Assembly (NCBI GenBank): GCA_043228905.1
Contig: JBHGNT010000008.1
Coordinates: forward strand, 9,486,001 to 9,550,000
Direction: 5' to 3'
Source of the DNA: Azolla caroliniana
Lineage: Eukaryota; Plantae; Polypodiophyta
DNA: 64,000 bases
Shown: positions 12,429 through 25,600 of the stretch, piece after piece
Position numbering within the stretch: the first letter of the stretch is position 1
Layout: every line of letters begins with the position of its first letter
Translations under genes and position numbers: made by a program
Notes under the pieces: model-generated
Database searches by the model: none
What the model was told of the DNA's origin: nothing
The model's input: the letters and a program-made list of their open reading frames with translations, nothing else

Positions 12429-15400
12429 AAACCCTAAACCCAAAACAATGATTTGGTCACTTTTGTAGTTGGACGTTACATTCCTCATCAAGATTCTAAC
12501 TTTTATGCTTGTTTAGATAAAGATCAACCGTTTGCCAATCTAGAAGATGATACTGCTTATTTCAAATCCAAAGGGGAAGTTATTGTCTTTGGTGACATGA
12601 ATGCTCGTACAAGAAGTTTCCAACTTGATTCACAAGAATCTTTCATGCCACATATCTCAAGGATGCAAGAGGATATGCAAATGTATAGGCGCTCTTCTAG
12701 CGATGAAAAAGATCCGGACCAATTTGGGAAGTTACTCCTACAAATGTGCAATAGTACCGGATTGCTTATTGCAAATGGTATTTCCTTATGCCCCAACACT
12801 AATGGTTTTACATGTAGAAAACACAACGGAAATAGTGTGATTGACTATGTGCTACTTTCCAAAGGTATTTTGGATCGTATACATAAATTCTCACTTGGTG
12901 AATGGACACTGGAATCCGATCATAGGCCTATTGAAGATAGTAAACATAGGTTTGATTGTATTGATCTCAAATGTATACATAGGTTTGATTGTAAGAAGGC
13001 TATTGAAGATAATAAACAACCGCACTTGAGCATGAACCTTATGTGAGCACCCATGTATTCTAAGATGGTTGACGATATGTTACAAATGACAAAGATACAA
13101 CATGGTGCGACACTAGAATGCAAATGGGAAGCTTCCAAGAAAGTAATTATCTCTTGTACAAACAAATGTTTTTCGACCAACCGCACATCTTGGAAATGCA
13201 CCAAGAAACTTAGGAAAAAATGGTTTGATAAAGAATGTCGTGAAGCTCGAAAGTGCCTTACGGCTTTGGATGTAGTTAAGGATAAAGAGAATTACCAAAA
13301 GCATTTGCATGAGTATAAAAGGCTTATTCAAAGAAAGAGAAGAATATGGGAAGTTTACTCAACAATTTATCCAAACGCAAGAGAAAGCACATGCATGTGC
13401 TAAATTTTGGGGAAATCTAAAGGGGAAACGTGTTGAGAGTTATGGTGACTTAACTCTTCACAACTTGTCTATGCATTGTAAGAATTTATATGAGTTATCT
13501 CTTGCCGAAAAGATGATGTGTTATGGTTCTCTTTCACATATGCCTCCCTTCTTTACAATTGAAGATATATGCATAGGACTTAAGAAATTGGCCTCTTGAA
13601 AGGCAAGCGATCTTCAATGTATAAAGGCTGAAATGCTCAAATGGACGGGAAAGGAAGCACATATATGGATAAGCGATATGTTTAATGATGCATTGCAACA
13701 TGGTATGCTGTACGATTGGACTACAAATTAGATCAAACCTTTACATAAAGGTGGAGATATAAATAATGTAAACAACTATCGAACCATCATGGTTGGCTCA
13801 TTAATGGCAAAACTATTTGGATGTATAATGGAATCAAAGATAAGTGTATGGGCTAAAAAAAGTGGTAAGAGAGCTTATGGACAAGCTGGCTTTCGGAAAC
13901 ACCATAGCACCATTGATCAGCTTATCACCCTTCGAGTATTAATGGAGGAAAGTCGCCTTAGAGGTAAAGGTTTATATTGTTGCTTTGTAGACTTCAAGAA
14001 AGCTTTTGATATGGTACCTCGTGAGCATCTTTGGAGGCGAATGGAAGAACTTGAGGTGCCAAGTGAATATATGCTTGCAATTTCCCGAATTTATGAGAAG
14101 GTTATATGTTGTGTGCACATGAGAGATAAACTTTCAGATTTTTTCAAAAGCACTATTGGTGTTAAGCAAGGATGCCCACTCTCACCAACACTATTTGGTC
14201 TATGTATTGATGAATTGGAAGAAATGGTTACCAAGTTTGCAAAGGAAGAACGTGTTGAAGAAGTTGCCATTGGGAATGTTGTGATTATGCTTTTGCTATA
14301 TGCAGATGATGTAGCGCTTTTTGCAAATACTTTAGGAGATGCACAAAAGCTTATGAAGGCATTGGAAAAAATTTGCATGCATACTAAATTAAGTGTCAAT
14401 AGCTCTAAAACAAATATTATGCTTGTGAAGAGCCAAAAAAGAGATAAACCATGCATTATGTACAACAATGAGTCACTTGAATGTGTGGAAAGCTTCAAAT
14501 ATCTTGGCCTTGAAGTTCCTTCAAATCATAGATGGAATGAATGTGCTATACGCCGCTTAGAGGCGGGTAAGCGAGCATACTATGCATTTGAGAACACATG
14601 CAATCTTGGAGATATTAAGTGTTGGGTCCTCAAGAAATATCTTTTCGACACTTTGGTGACACCGGTTCTTCTCTATGCGGTGGAAGTATGGGGCGGTAGC
14701 ATCCCTAAATCTATGTGGAAAGAGTTTGAAAATGTCTAAAAGCATTTTCTTACCAAGTTTCTACAAGATAAGAAACAAACGCCCTACACCCTCCTCCTCC
14801 TTGAGATGGGATCGCTGCCCATTGAGATCATGGCCATGGAAAGAGTTGTTGAATACATGCTTAAGGTTCAAAAAAGTCCCTGACATCGACTTCCTAGAAT
14901 TGTGTGGGAAGCAAGCAAAAAGATCCAAAAGACGCATAAAAGCAAAATTTTGTGTTCCGGTTGGATGCAAGATATAGAAAAATGGTTTGGTAGATGGGAT
15001 GCGAGACACTTGCTTCATGATGCATCCTTATATTCCTTTGTAAATGAGGCATTTTTGCAACGCCAATGTATCATGACATGGGACAAATATGGAGGCTCAC
15101 GCTTCACACATTATACCACACATGTTGCACCTAACTACAAAACCATATTCTTTGCAGAACGGGGAAATCGTACACATCCATACATGTTAGAGCCCATACC
15201 GTTCTTTGCCATTCAAACCATTGCTTCCATGCGACTTAGCTCACATGCATTGCGATGTGAAAGGGCGTTGGGGCACAAGTGATGAGAGTGGTCGGCTATG
15301 CACACTTTGCCCTAAACAAGTTCGCGAGTCTGAGTATCACACTTTGATACAACGCTCTGCCTTTGATCATATTCGACTATGCTTTCCACATCTCTTCGAT

Positions 15401-15575
15401 CGAGCCCAATCTTTGCATGAATTCCTCTCACAACCACAATGTGCGCTCTCAATTGCAACATTCATTGGTAAAGCTCTTGAACATCGAGAGTCACTACTCA
15501 CTTTCACACATATCATGTGAAATGTAATATTTTTGGTCTCATAGGTCATATTTTACCTCCGAAGACGATAATATA

Positions 15576-15622
<47 letters not shown>
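12429..15622 (+). mobile_element. 5'-truncated non-LTR retrotransposon (LINE) with an (ATCT)n tail
   Basis: APE endonuclease motifs FGDMNART, SVIDYVLL and SDHRP (12453..13046); RT QAGFRKHHST, FVDFKKAFD, GVKQGCPLSPTLF and LYADD (13789..14739); C-terminal CTLC...EYH zinc motif; (ATCT)n tail ~15576-15622. Confidence 0.92.
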
Positions 15623-15623
<1 letters not shown>

Positions 15624-16086
15624 CTGACTCTTTCCTTCTCTCGAGAGTTCTACACCTCCCTTAGTACTAATCCTCATCTTTAAGTACTAATTCCTTCCAT
15701 GTCTTAGTATTGTTCCTGACAATGGCTATATTGCTCAATTGACAATAAGGAGTTATCAGATAATATAACAGGCTCAATAGAAAATAAAGAATTTTCACTC
15801 GACTTTGAAGACATTTTGCTCAACGCTAAGTAACACAAACAATGTCCAAAATAGGCACAAGCTTGGTTCTATAATAAGCACCATGTCTAAAAACATATTT
15901 TTTATTTTTTATTTTTTTTAAAAAATATTTTGAAAATACAAAATCAAAATTATATAAAGGGAAGTCATCTTCTATTTCTCATTATCACATTCAAGCAGAA
16001 GAAGAACACAGGAGCACAAGAGCACTCAGCAACCAAAATCGTCGACTTTTCGCCTCCCCGGTCAAGTAAACATCTTTGACATCAAC

Positions 16087-16880
16087 ATGAACAAGGGAAA
16101 GAAAATTGCCAAGTATGTTTTCCAACCCAACATTTTAGATTCCTTAAAGATTCTTTTTTGTTTTATTCATTTTTTGCTTCCATAATCGATCTGTATCCCT
16201 TTCAATGGGAACTCGATGCACTACAAAACAAATCAAAGAAGGCTAAGCTCGACCCACAGGTGGAGATGAAATCTAAGTCACGTAAAAATGACTTAGTAAT
16301 TGACGAGTTAGCCGAAGATATGAAGATACTTCCTTGGCAGTCACTGCAAGGAATTAAGGATGACAGATTATTGATAAATGTATTATCAAGAGTGGCCGCC
16401 AAGGAGTTTAGCCTTGACAAAATGGTCACAGAGTTTCAAAAGTGAGTCATGTATGTGCATGTATCATTTTGATTTGATTGCTTTGTTGATTTGTCCTTTT
16501 TTCTAATTTTAGTTTCATTTGTTTTTTAGCCATAAGGTGTATATGAAGATTCAAGAGTTGATGATGAAAAAATTGTCCTTGCCTACGTTGGAATAAGTGG
16601 AGCAATCTTGCCCAAAAACATTATCTTACAAGGCTCTTGAAGAATTCTTTATCGTGTTTAAAGAATGGGTATGTATGTTCTACAAATATTAATTGATTTT
16701 TGGATAATGGGTTTCTTCTTAAAAAATTTATAATTACAGAAACCACCTCGTTCAAAGAAGAATAGTGATAACAATGAAGGCATACCTAGCGTCTTTATCA
16801 CCCATTTGGGACAAGCTAAATACGGGAAACGTATGACAAAAGGAAAGGAGCTTGAGGTGCCTGAGGAGTCATATACATTT
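16087..16880 (+). pseudogene. Spliced gene remnant of unknown function, possibly the accessory gene of the DNA transposon
   Basis: ATG at 16087 (MNKGKKIAK), then a GTATGT donor; exon WELDALQNKSKK...EFQK (~16206-16441); intron GTGAGT...TTTTTAG; short exon; intron GTATGT...TTACAG; further exon. The first acceptor reads CAA rather than CAG. Confidence 0.45.
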
Positions 16881-16999
16881 CGAAACATTTTTTCACAAGA
16901 GTGATCCTTTCTGACAATTGTATTATAATGTATATAATGGTGATGTGGGTAATATGCTTGACATATTACCCAAGAGACATTATACATTGCTTCTCTCTA

Positions 17000-19950
17000 G
17001 AAGAGCGTCAAAGTTTTTCACTCGCCGATGTGAGCACCTTCTTTACTCTAGGTGTCTGCATGATGGGTACACCAAACTCGCTATCTAGTAAGGGAGCCAA
17101 GACATCTGAATCACTATCGTCGGGGTGATCAATTTCGTATTTTGGCATCTTACCTTTGCCTTTGTCCATGTTCGGACTTGGCCGTGACGTGCTTTGGTCG
17201 CGTGAAGGCTCATGTGGGCCACTTAGCTCGATAGAGCTTGGATTGTCCTTGGGTAAAGGACTTGGACGAATATTGTCCTCTGAGTTGACGTTAAGTCTTC
17301 CTTGATTGGGTCGGGTGGAGCCGAATCGGGCTTATACCATGATGCTGATTCGTCGAAGACTATGTCTCGACTCACCCGAACCACTTGGGTCGAAGGGTTA
17401 TAGCACTTGGTGGTGCACCGGTTCATGAGATAGACGGCCATGGATGCCACTTCGGCCCAATAGAAGTTCGGCATGTGCTTCTCATGCATCATGCCACGTG
17501 CTACCTCGAGTATTTTCTGATTCTTCCTTTCGGCTACTCCATTTTGTTGGGGTGTGTGTCAGCATGAGAATTCTCTCTGAGTGCCTTCACCATGGATGTA
17601 GGAGATGAATTCGTCGGAGAAGTACTCCTTGCCTCCGTCCGATTGTAGGCATCGAATGTGCCAACTAGTTTCTTCTTCGACTTGGCCCTTGAGCTTTTGG
17701 AAGTGGGAGAGCACTTCGCTCTTCTTCTTCATCGGAAAGATCCACGTGTAGCGGGAGCAGTCGTCGATGAACATGACATAGTATCGGCATCTACCGATCG
17801 TCGGCGTTTGGGCCGGTCCCCATGCATCCGAGTGTATAACATTGAGCAGGCCTTTGCTTGTGGAATGGCTGTCGATGTTGTTTGCCGAGTTGACACGCTT
17901 CGCATGCTCAATCAACTTGTTTCGACTTGAATGTCGGAAGTCTGATGACAACTCCCTTTGTTTGCATAGCTCGGAGCAATTGGAGGTTTATGTGGCTGAT
18001 TTTGTTGTGCCACAACTCGATGCTCGTCTTGTTTTTGCGAGCTTTGGCATACATGGCCGATTTCACCTCGTCTGAATCGAGAATGAACATTCGGCCGTCT
18101 CTCCAGCCCTTGGCTATGAGTCGACCATCTTTCTTGATGAAGCATCCTTCATTGTTGAAGCGGACTTGCATGCCTTGCTCCACTATTTGGCTGACCGAGA
18201 CCAAACTCTTTGTTATTATGGGCACGTGCAAGAGATTCTTGATGCAAGTTTGCACGCCTTCTTTCCTGAATGGGACATTGCCGATATGTCGAATGGGATG
18301 TATGGTGTCATCTCTCATCTCTATGAAGCCGGGTCAATCGAGTGTGCACAAATCACTGAACCACTCTTCGTGGGATGGCATGTGATGTGAGGCACCGCAA
18401 TCGATGAACCACACGTCTTCCAAGTTGGAGGGGCTTGTGGAGTCGGAAGCCGTCATAGAGTTTTCTCTATATCTCATTACGAATAGACCACCGTAGTCGT
18501 CATATTTTGAGTCGTTGGCGTAGTTTGTGAGTTGTCGGCTTGTCGAAGCCGACTCACTTCTCCGTTTCCGACACTCCTCTTCGCGGTGGCTGATTTTTCC
18601 GCAATAGTTGCACGTAGCAGGCCTCGTTTGCTGACCTTGTTCAACATGGAAGCTCCCCCTTCTTCCAAAGGTTTCTCGATGGCTTCCTTCTTCTTTTTGA
18701 AGGTTTGAGTTCCCTTCGTTCAATGGGTCAAATCGACCTCTTCTACCACCTCGACCTTGTCCTCGGCCACCATCCAAATTCAAGAAGAGCATTTTTCCTT
18801 CCGACGTCTTGGTCTTGTTTCAAACATGGTTCTCTTCGACCAATAGCATTGATTGATGGGTCGAATCGTTGTGTGAGGCCGCCCAAGTTTACTTGAACCA
18901 TCTCATCTTGGTTGAAAATTATGTTGATGGAGCCAAGGGAGTCGCAAATGCTCTTTATCTTGACGGTGTAGCCCGACATAGACATATCTTCTTGCCAAAT
19001 GTTGTTCAACTCTTCTCGGAGTTGAAGCTTTCAGGTGGTCATGTTGGCGGCGAACATTTTCTTTTAAGTTCGCCCACGCTTCGTCAGGCATCTTGGCATC
19101 TCAAATGTGGCTAAGCATGTTGTCATGGACACATGTTGACAAGAAATACATGACTCGATTCACCACTTAGTCCCATGTTGCGTAGTTGGTGTTCTTTGGG
19201 TCGGGTCAATTTTCTTGTGCGTCGTTGATGTAGCTCCAATACCCTTGGCCGACAAGGTATTGGCTCATCTTGGACTCCCAAGATGAATAATTGCTCCAAT
19301 CTAGCTTTTCACTAGGGAGCGAGCTACCCATTTCTGTGTTCATGTTGATGTAGTGTCTTCCTTTCTCGTTTTTCTTCCTTCAGTCACGTACATGTGCTAG
19401 GTAGCGGCACTACGGTAGCTGATAGCCGGATTTTGTTGTTGACATCTCGAACACACAATCACGGAGTCAGGTGGTCTTAGCGGATGTGCTAAACCACACG
19501 CTTTGATACCATGTTAACAATTAGGCAATTAAGCAAGGGTTAATTAGTACCTAATTATGTGATTAAGCTAAGCGGAAGATTAAGTGATATGTGTGTGTAT
19601 GTTTGTGTATGTGTGTGAGATGAAGAGAGAGAGGAAGTTAACACTATGAAAAACCAAAGAAGATGGGGGATGATTAACTATATTAAAAAGCATCATCAAA
19701 TACAAAAATACCCACAATGAGGTATATATAGATCTCATGTGCAAGGGTGCACATGTGTGAGGAAAATATAGGTACAAAGGTGTACGTCCTATATTAAATG
19801 TACTCAGGAGTGGAGGATCTAGAATATCCCACTTAAGTACAAGGTCCTATTTAAGGCGTTAAGGTCAACACACTAACTAGATTTTATCTAGGTAACTACT
19901 AAGTTACGTGTGTTGACCAACTAACTAAACTAAGTTGAGCTTGATATCTC
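17000..19950 (-). mobile_element. 5' half of a Ty1/Copia element: LTR 19512-19950, tRNA-iMet PBS, decayed gag-PR-IN
   Basis: PBS TGGTATCAAAG (reverse complement of 19501-19511); zinc knuckle CNYCGKISHREEEC; protease WFIDCGASHHM; integrase IHSDAWGP, FIDDCSRYTW and LQSDGGKEY. RT is absent and the left boundary is approximate. Confidence 0.88.
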
Positions 19951-20099
19951 TCGTGCAAATCCGTCACTACGTTACCGCGTTACTACGTGCGTGCGTGGAG
20001 AAAGGCGGGACCACGGGGGTCTTGGACTAGGGAGTGATGGAGCATAGGAAGTCGTGCTTCACCGTCTCCGGGGCATCCCAGAAGCATACCGGAAGCAAC

Positions 20100-20137
<38 letters not shown>

Positions 20138-21974
20138 TTAACACCGACTCACGCACACACACTCACACACACACAGGCCAACCCGACTCACACCCTTAAG
20201 TACAGGAAATGCAGGAAAGGGGAAGCACCCGACACCAACGAAGACGCGAATATACACAAACAGACGCAAACGTATATACATATCTAAAAGAAAAATACAT
20301 TCCCGGCGTCGAGCCAGACCGAGCTAGGTTACAGTAGTCGTCAGCTGCCAAGCCGCCGGTCGGGGAGCTCACGGGCCCGTCGCGCCGAGCGGGGTCTTGC
20401 GCAGGAGATGAGCTAAAGCAAACCCTAAGCGAACACGAAGGGGAAGGAGAAGAAGAAGAAGAAGAAAACTAACTCTAAACCTAACGGTATACCCTCTAAT
20501 GCAAAATGGGCAACCCTTTCACAAAGGGCGTTCCCTTCCTTTTATAGAACAAGGAGAGGGATGCGTTACAATGGATAAATACCGACTTACATGGGATCGC
20601 CTGTCCCGACTTGACTACTCTTCGGTGCCATAAAGGCCCCTCGTTATTCATACTAAATGTACATGGGTGTGTACACACGCTGCACCCCGCCGATGTAGCC
20701 AATGTTTCCCGGTTTCCGCCTCTGGCCGAAATTCTTCGCGACAACGTGCGGATCGTGAGGCAGAACTATCGGGGTTCTGAACCGGAAGGATTCAAAGTTT
20801 GCACTACCTTTAGCGAGAAGTTATTTAAGATAGATTGAAAGAGAGAGATATTGAGATAATATAGAACATGTGACTTTTGAGTGAGAGACAAGATTAAAAC
20901 ATTCCCAAATGGGAGAACAAATTTTCTTACTTTTCATTTCATGATTCATACATTGCCCCCTTTGATCTTTTTCATCCACTCTTTTATAGATGCTCCCATC
21001 CATATGATGCATGTGACGGTACAAGACATGCATACAATGCATGTGATACATGTTTGCCATTTGGCGCTCATGCAGTACATGTGATGCATGATAACCATGT
21101 CACTCAATCAAGCTCTAACATGAGAGTTTACATGTGAAAGTATAATGATAGCAATGTCGATGATGTCGTCATCAATCTTCTTTTTTTCCGGGCTGCTTTG
21201 TTTGGGCGGCTCAACTACTTTCGGTTGTCTTGTTTTCTCCGCGACAATCGATCCTGCCAAGTCGGTGTCATCAACCCACTGACGACGTTTGTCGAGCCTA
21301 TTGCACGCCCGCTTCACCGCAATCCAGTCTGCCACAAGCCTATTTGCTTGGGTATCATTTTCAAGAAGAGTCCCCAATTCTTGTCTATCCTTCATGTCCA
21401 CAACTTTCAAGAAGTACAAAGTCTTGTCCTCCTTAAGCAGCACTTGGTCTGTGGCGGGGAGACAATGAAACATTTGGTCGAACTCGTCGTACACCCTCGA
21501 AGTGTTCATCCTCTTATTCTTCTTTTCTATCCACTTCAACAAGGCATGTCGAGTCATCCTCGACAAATATTCCGTCGCGAACTCCGCTAATATCGCTTTC
21601 TCGAACCCCAACCATGTTGTATTCTCTTCTTGAAGCTTGATGACGTGCCTTTGGATGTTCTTGGTGACCAATCTGTTGAAACTTGTGATTTGATGTGCTT
21701 CAGACACGTCCCTCTGATTCATCTCCCTTTTGTATGCATCAAGGAACTTCGTAATGTTCCTTCTGTCAAATTGACCCTCGAGCTCTACGACACGGTCGAC
21801 GGCCTTCTCCACGATCGCATTGTTGTCTCGAGATCTCATCATTTGTTCGACAATTAGCATCATCCTTTCGAACTCTCCCACTTGATTTCTTGAGGAAGCC
21901 ATCTCCAAGTATCGGTCGATCCTTGACTTGATCCTTCCTACTGCCTCTTTCACGTCGGGTTCACCACTTAATTA
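19951..21974 (-). mobile_element. Deleted tandem unit of Gypsy element B: PBS (21949-21966), gag (21155-21953) and partial LTR (19951-21155)
   Basis: The gag ORF 21108..21953 is nearly identical to 32966-33747, and 20748-21152 matches the LTR at 21998-22403. Confidence 0.85.
19973..20743 (-). mobile_element. Solo LTR of the tRNA-Trp Gypsy family, inserted in another LTR
   Basis: Ends CGCGACA at 20743 and has a degenerate left end. TSD ACGT at 19969-19972 and 20744-20747. Removing it restores the host sequence seen at 33780-33810. It shares blocks with the LTRs at 49803-51079 and 53686-54985. Confidence 0.85.
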
Positions 21975-22428
21975 TATCGTAAAGATCCATCACTATGCGC
22001 GGATCGTGAGACGGAACCACCGGGGTTCTGGACCGGAAGGATTCAAAGTTTGCACTAGCTTTAGCAAGAAAGTATTTAAGATAGATTGAAAGAGAGAGAG
22101 ATTGAGATAAGATAGAATGCTTGACTTTTGATTGAGAGACAAGATTAAAACATCCCCAAATGGGATAACGAATTTTCTTACTTTTAAATTCTTGATTCAT
22201 ACATCGCCCCGTTTGATCTTTTTCATCCACTCTTTTATAGATGCTCCCATGCATATGATGTATGTGAGGGTACAAGACATGCATACAATGCATGTGATGC
22301 ATGTTTGCCATTTGGCACTCATGCATTACATGTGATGCATGATAACCATGTCACTCAATGAAGCTCTAACATGAGAGTTTACGTGTGAAAGTATAAATGA
22401 TAGTAAAAACGTTTTTAAAGAAATGAAT

Positions 22429-22485
22429 TGGCTGAGTGGTAAGTTCATTGCCTCCTATCTTGGAGGTGCAAGGTTCAAGCCTTGC
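22429..22485 (+). promoter_or_regulatory. tRNA-like Pol III A/B-box cassette within LTR B (second copy at 34222-34278)
   Basis: A-box TGGCTGAGTGG, stem CCTCC-TATCTT-GGAGG, and T-arm-like GCAAGG-TTCAAG-CCTTGC containing B-box GGTTCAAGCC 43 nt after the A-box. A T-run follows about 20 nt downstream. Confidence 0.55.
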
Positions 22486-22616
22486 TTGCATCCCTTCGAT
22501 GACAAATTTTTAATAGGCTTTTTAGTCTAGATGATTTTGTTTGTTTCACACCGAAATCGTCGAGATCAACCTATCCGATCGATCCGTCTATCCGTCTATA
22601 TCCGTTCCGGTTCCGG

Positions 22617-25600
22617 TGTCGTGAAGAAAACCAGCCATAGGCAGAATCGGAAAGGGGCATGAACCGGCTCTTACATGGGTGGACACGAGAATTGATATTT
22701 TGTAAATAATTCATAATTAGGTCGGCTGATGTAAATACTAGGTAGTACACATTTATTAGGGGATTTTGGTGCGTATCTCTGTCAAAACGGGACAGGGAAT
22801 CAAGCGGTTTTGACTAGGGAAGAAGGGTCTCCCCTTTTTGTGAACTATTCAAGGAGAGGAAAGGGGGGGAAGAGCGGGCATCGCGCGTTAGGGAGGAGGA
22901 AGGGTTGCAGGACCAAGGCCAAGCTCTCTCTCCTCCTCGGATCATCATTCTCTGTGGGTGCTAGGAGTTCGATGCCTCTACTTCGTGGGTTGCCTGTGCG
23001 CTGTCAGCAGAGGCTCTCCCTTCTACGCTTCTTTTTTTTAGGGGTCCAGTGTGTTCTGTCTGTGTGCGTGAGTAGGATCCCTGTGTCGGGTCCATTGCCG
23101 CCTTGCCGGTTGTAATCGTCAAAGTTTGTAATCTCTTGATATTGTAATCGACTGTTACGGTAATTAAGTGTTCCGTTTCTTTCTCTTTCCTTCTCCCTTC
23201 TGTGTATCTGCAAATCTCTTCTCCTCTCCTCTTCTCTCTCTCCTTGTCTCTCGCTCCTCAGTTCAAGGCCCCCGTGGTCTCGCCTCTTTCTACACGCACG
23301 CGCATAACAACGCGACACCGGTTCCGTCGCCGTCTGTTTGTTCCGGTTCCAATTCCATCACCGTCCGGTGCCGGTGTCAGTTCCGGCTCTGTCGCCGTCT
23401 GGTTTCGGTTCCGACTCTGAACCCGACGTGAAAGGCGGCAAAGGAGTCGAAAGATGACGGGATCGAAGCTAGCAGACGCAATGGTGGTAGCCATCGACCG
23501 GTTGGTAAGTGCTCGTGAGGGGACGGGTACCCTCGACAGAACCATTGAATCGATCGTCGGCACTATAGGCCGGTTCGGAGGGAAAGACGCCACAAGTTAT
23601 TTGGAGGCTTACCGGGCCGAAATGATCATGAGGGATATCCCGGTGGAGAGGCGGCTATTCGGATTCCCTCGGGTGGTGACGCCGAGCATCCACACGGAGG
23701 TGCTCAAGGTGTTGGCCAGATGCCAGACTTGGGAGGAGTTCGAGTTGGAGCTCCTCGAGAAGTACGGGTTTGATGACTCGCTTCGGCTTTCGAGGTAGGA
23801 CTTCATGGCATGGGTGGAAAGCCCCAGAAAAGGGAGGAACACGTCGGTGCTCCTCCAGGAGTTCGAAAAACGGTTCGTGCGGTTGTCGACGCTGGACCCG
23901 ACCGTGCTCGAAACGAGTCGAGTACTACTGTTTGTCAAGTCGGTGGACGCGCTCGACTGGGAAAAGGTGGGTCCCTTATTGGAGACGGACGAAGGGCTCA
24001 CAGTAGATTGGGCGTTGGTAAAACGGGTCTGCAGTCGTTTCGACAAACGGCGCGATTGGAGCAACGAAAGCTCGTCGGGGTCAGGGCCGTGTTAGGAAAC
24101 AAGTCCCTCCGGATGGGAAGTGAGAAGAACAGTACTGATAAGGAAACTTGGCCGAGGCCGACAGGCCGAGGCAGAAACCGGATGTGGAATACCCGGCTAC
24201 ACAAGACCCGGTGACAACAGGATGACGAGTACCCGGCAAGAGCCAGATGGTGAAGACCCGGTGAGAACTGGATGTGGAGTACCCGACAACGGAAGACCCG
24301 GTGGGAATCGGATGACATGTGCCCGGCAAGCGCCGGATGATGCTAGCCCGGTGAGGAGTGCTCACCGGATGAAGGGACATATTCGTAAATATGTTTCTGA
24401 GAGTCCATCGGGGTTATATTTGTAAATAGCCGAAAAGTCATATTAGTATAAATATGACTTAGGGCAAACATAGTAATGAGTTGGTTGTCATTCTTGTTGG
24501 TGTAAGATTAGAGGGCAAAAGTATACAGAGAGAGTGAGAGAGAGGAAGAGGTCGTTGCCTCTGTTGTAACCGCCGCATGTGTCGAAGATAGCAAGCTCGA
24601 GGTCGTGGCCTCAGTGCTTTCTTATTGTACATTCTGATATATTGATAGTTTGCGGTTTGTGGGCTGCCGTGGTTTTTCCCGAGTATGGTTTTTCCACGTA
24701 AACAGCCTGTGTACTCTTCTCTCTATTGTGTTGTGCTTTCATTCCCTGTTTTTTCTGTGTTTTATTCTAGGCTCGGTTGTGGCCAAGTGTTGTTCATCGG
24801 AGTGTGTAGTTCTTGACAGGACGGTCCCGGCGAGGAGGCTCGAGGAGCTGGTATCGGTGCCAACCGGTAGGAAGGAAGAGACCCGAATTTGGCTGGAGTC
24901 GGGGTCGGCATCGAACGACGTGGTCAAAGGCCCATCCGGAGGAGCGGCTCTGGAGGAACTGACACAGATGGTGCGCGACCTACAGATCACACAGGGACGG
25001 AGAGACAGCGGCAAACAACCTCACGACCGAAGGCCGCCGGCTGGGTAGCGGTGCATGTGGTGTGATGCGATCGGTCACATTCGGAAGGATTGCGTGGATT
25101 TCGCCGACGCACTTAGGACCAACGTGGTGTACCTCTGGAACAGGCGGGTGCACGCGAGCGAGACTCGGAGATCCCTAGAACTAAATACGGGGCGCGGGGG
25201 AATGAAGAGGTTGATGCAAGAGGCCGCGGCACGGCATGTAAAAGCCGTTAACTACTCAGTGTCGGCGGGAATTCGGGTCGGGGGTGATGAGACCCGGAAG
25301 CTGAAGGAATCTGGATTCTAGCCGCTAGTGCTAGAAGGCCTCTCCGGAGTTTGGCTGAAGAAGGAAGAGGCGGACGACGCGGAACAACGGGTCCAAGAGG
25401 TCACCAAATGGGACGATCCGGTCGAAGAGAAAACGGGCTTCGTAGAAGCCGCTTGCTAGAACTACGAGGTTCTGGTGGAAGACAAATGGGCAGGAAAGGC
25501 CGGGGGGGTTGGTCCCCCGCAGAGGTACGAGACCCGGTTCGGACCGACACCAACCGGTGCCGGCAACCCAGGCGCGCCGGACGGAAAGAAGCAGGCGGGG

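Larger units (their letters stand above)
7211..15721 (+). mobile_element. Full-length Ty3/Gypsy chromovirus (Tcn1-like) with a LINE inserted in its 3' LTR
   Basis: 5' LTR 7211-7670; 3' LTR 12106-12428 plus ~15623-15721; TSD ATGGC at 7206-7210 and 15722-15726; PPT AAAGGGGGGATAG before 12106; domain order gag-PR-RT-RH-IN-chromodomain. Confidence 0.93.

Noticed and set aside
20821-22335. His/Met-rich short ORFs (also 33755..34129)
   Set aside because: They arise from ATGC/CATG-rich LTR sequence, probably CpG-deamination products, repeated in each LTR B copy.
22420-22500. Possible true tRNA gene
   Set aside because: There is no acceptor stem or complete cloverleaf, so it is reported only as a tRNA-like cassette.
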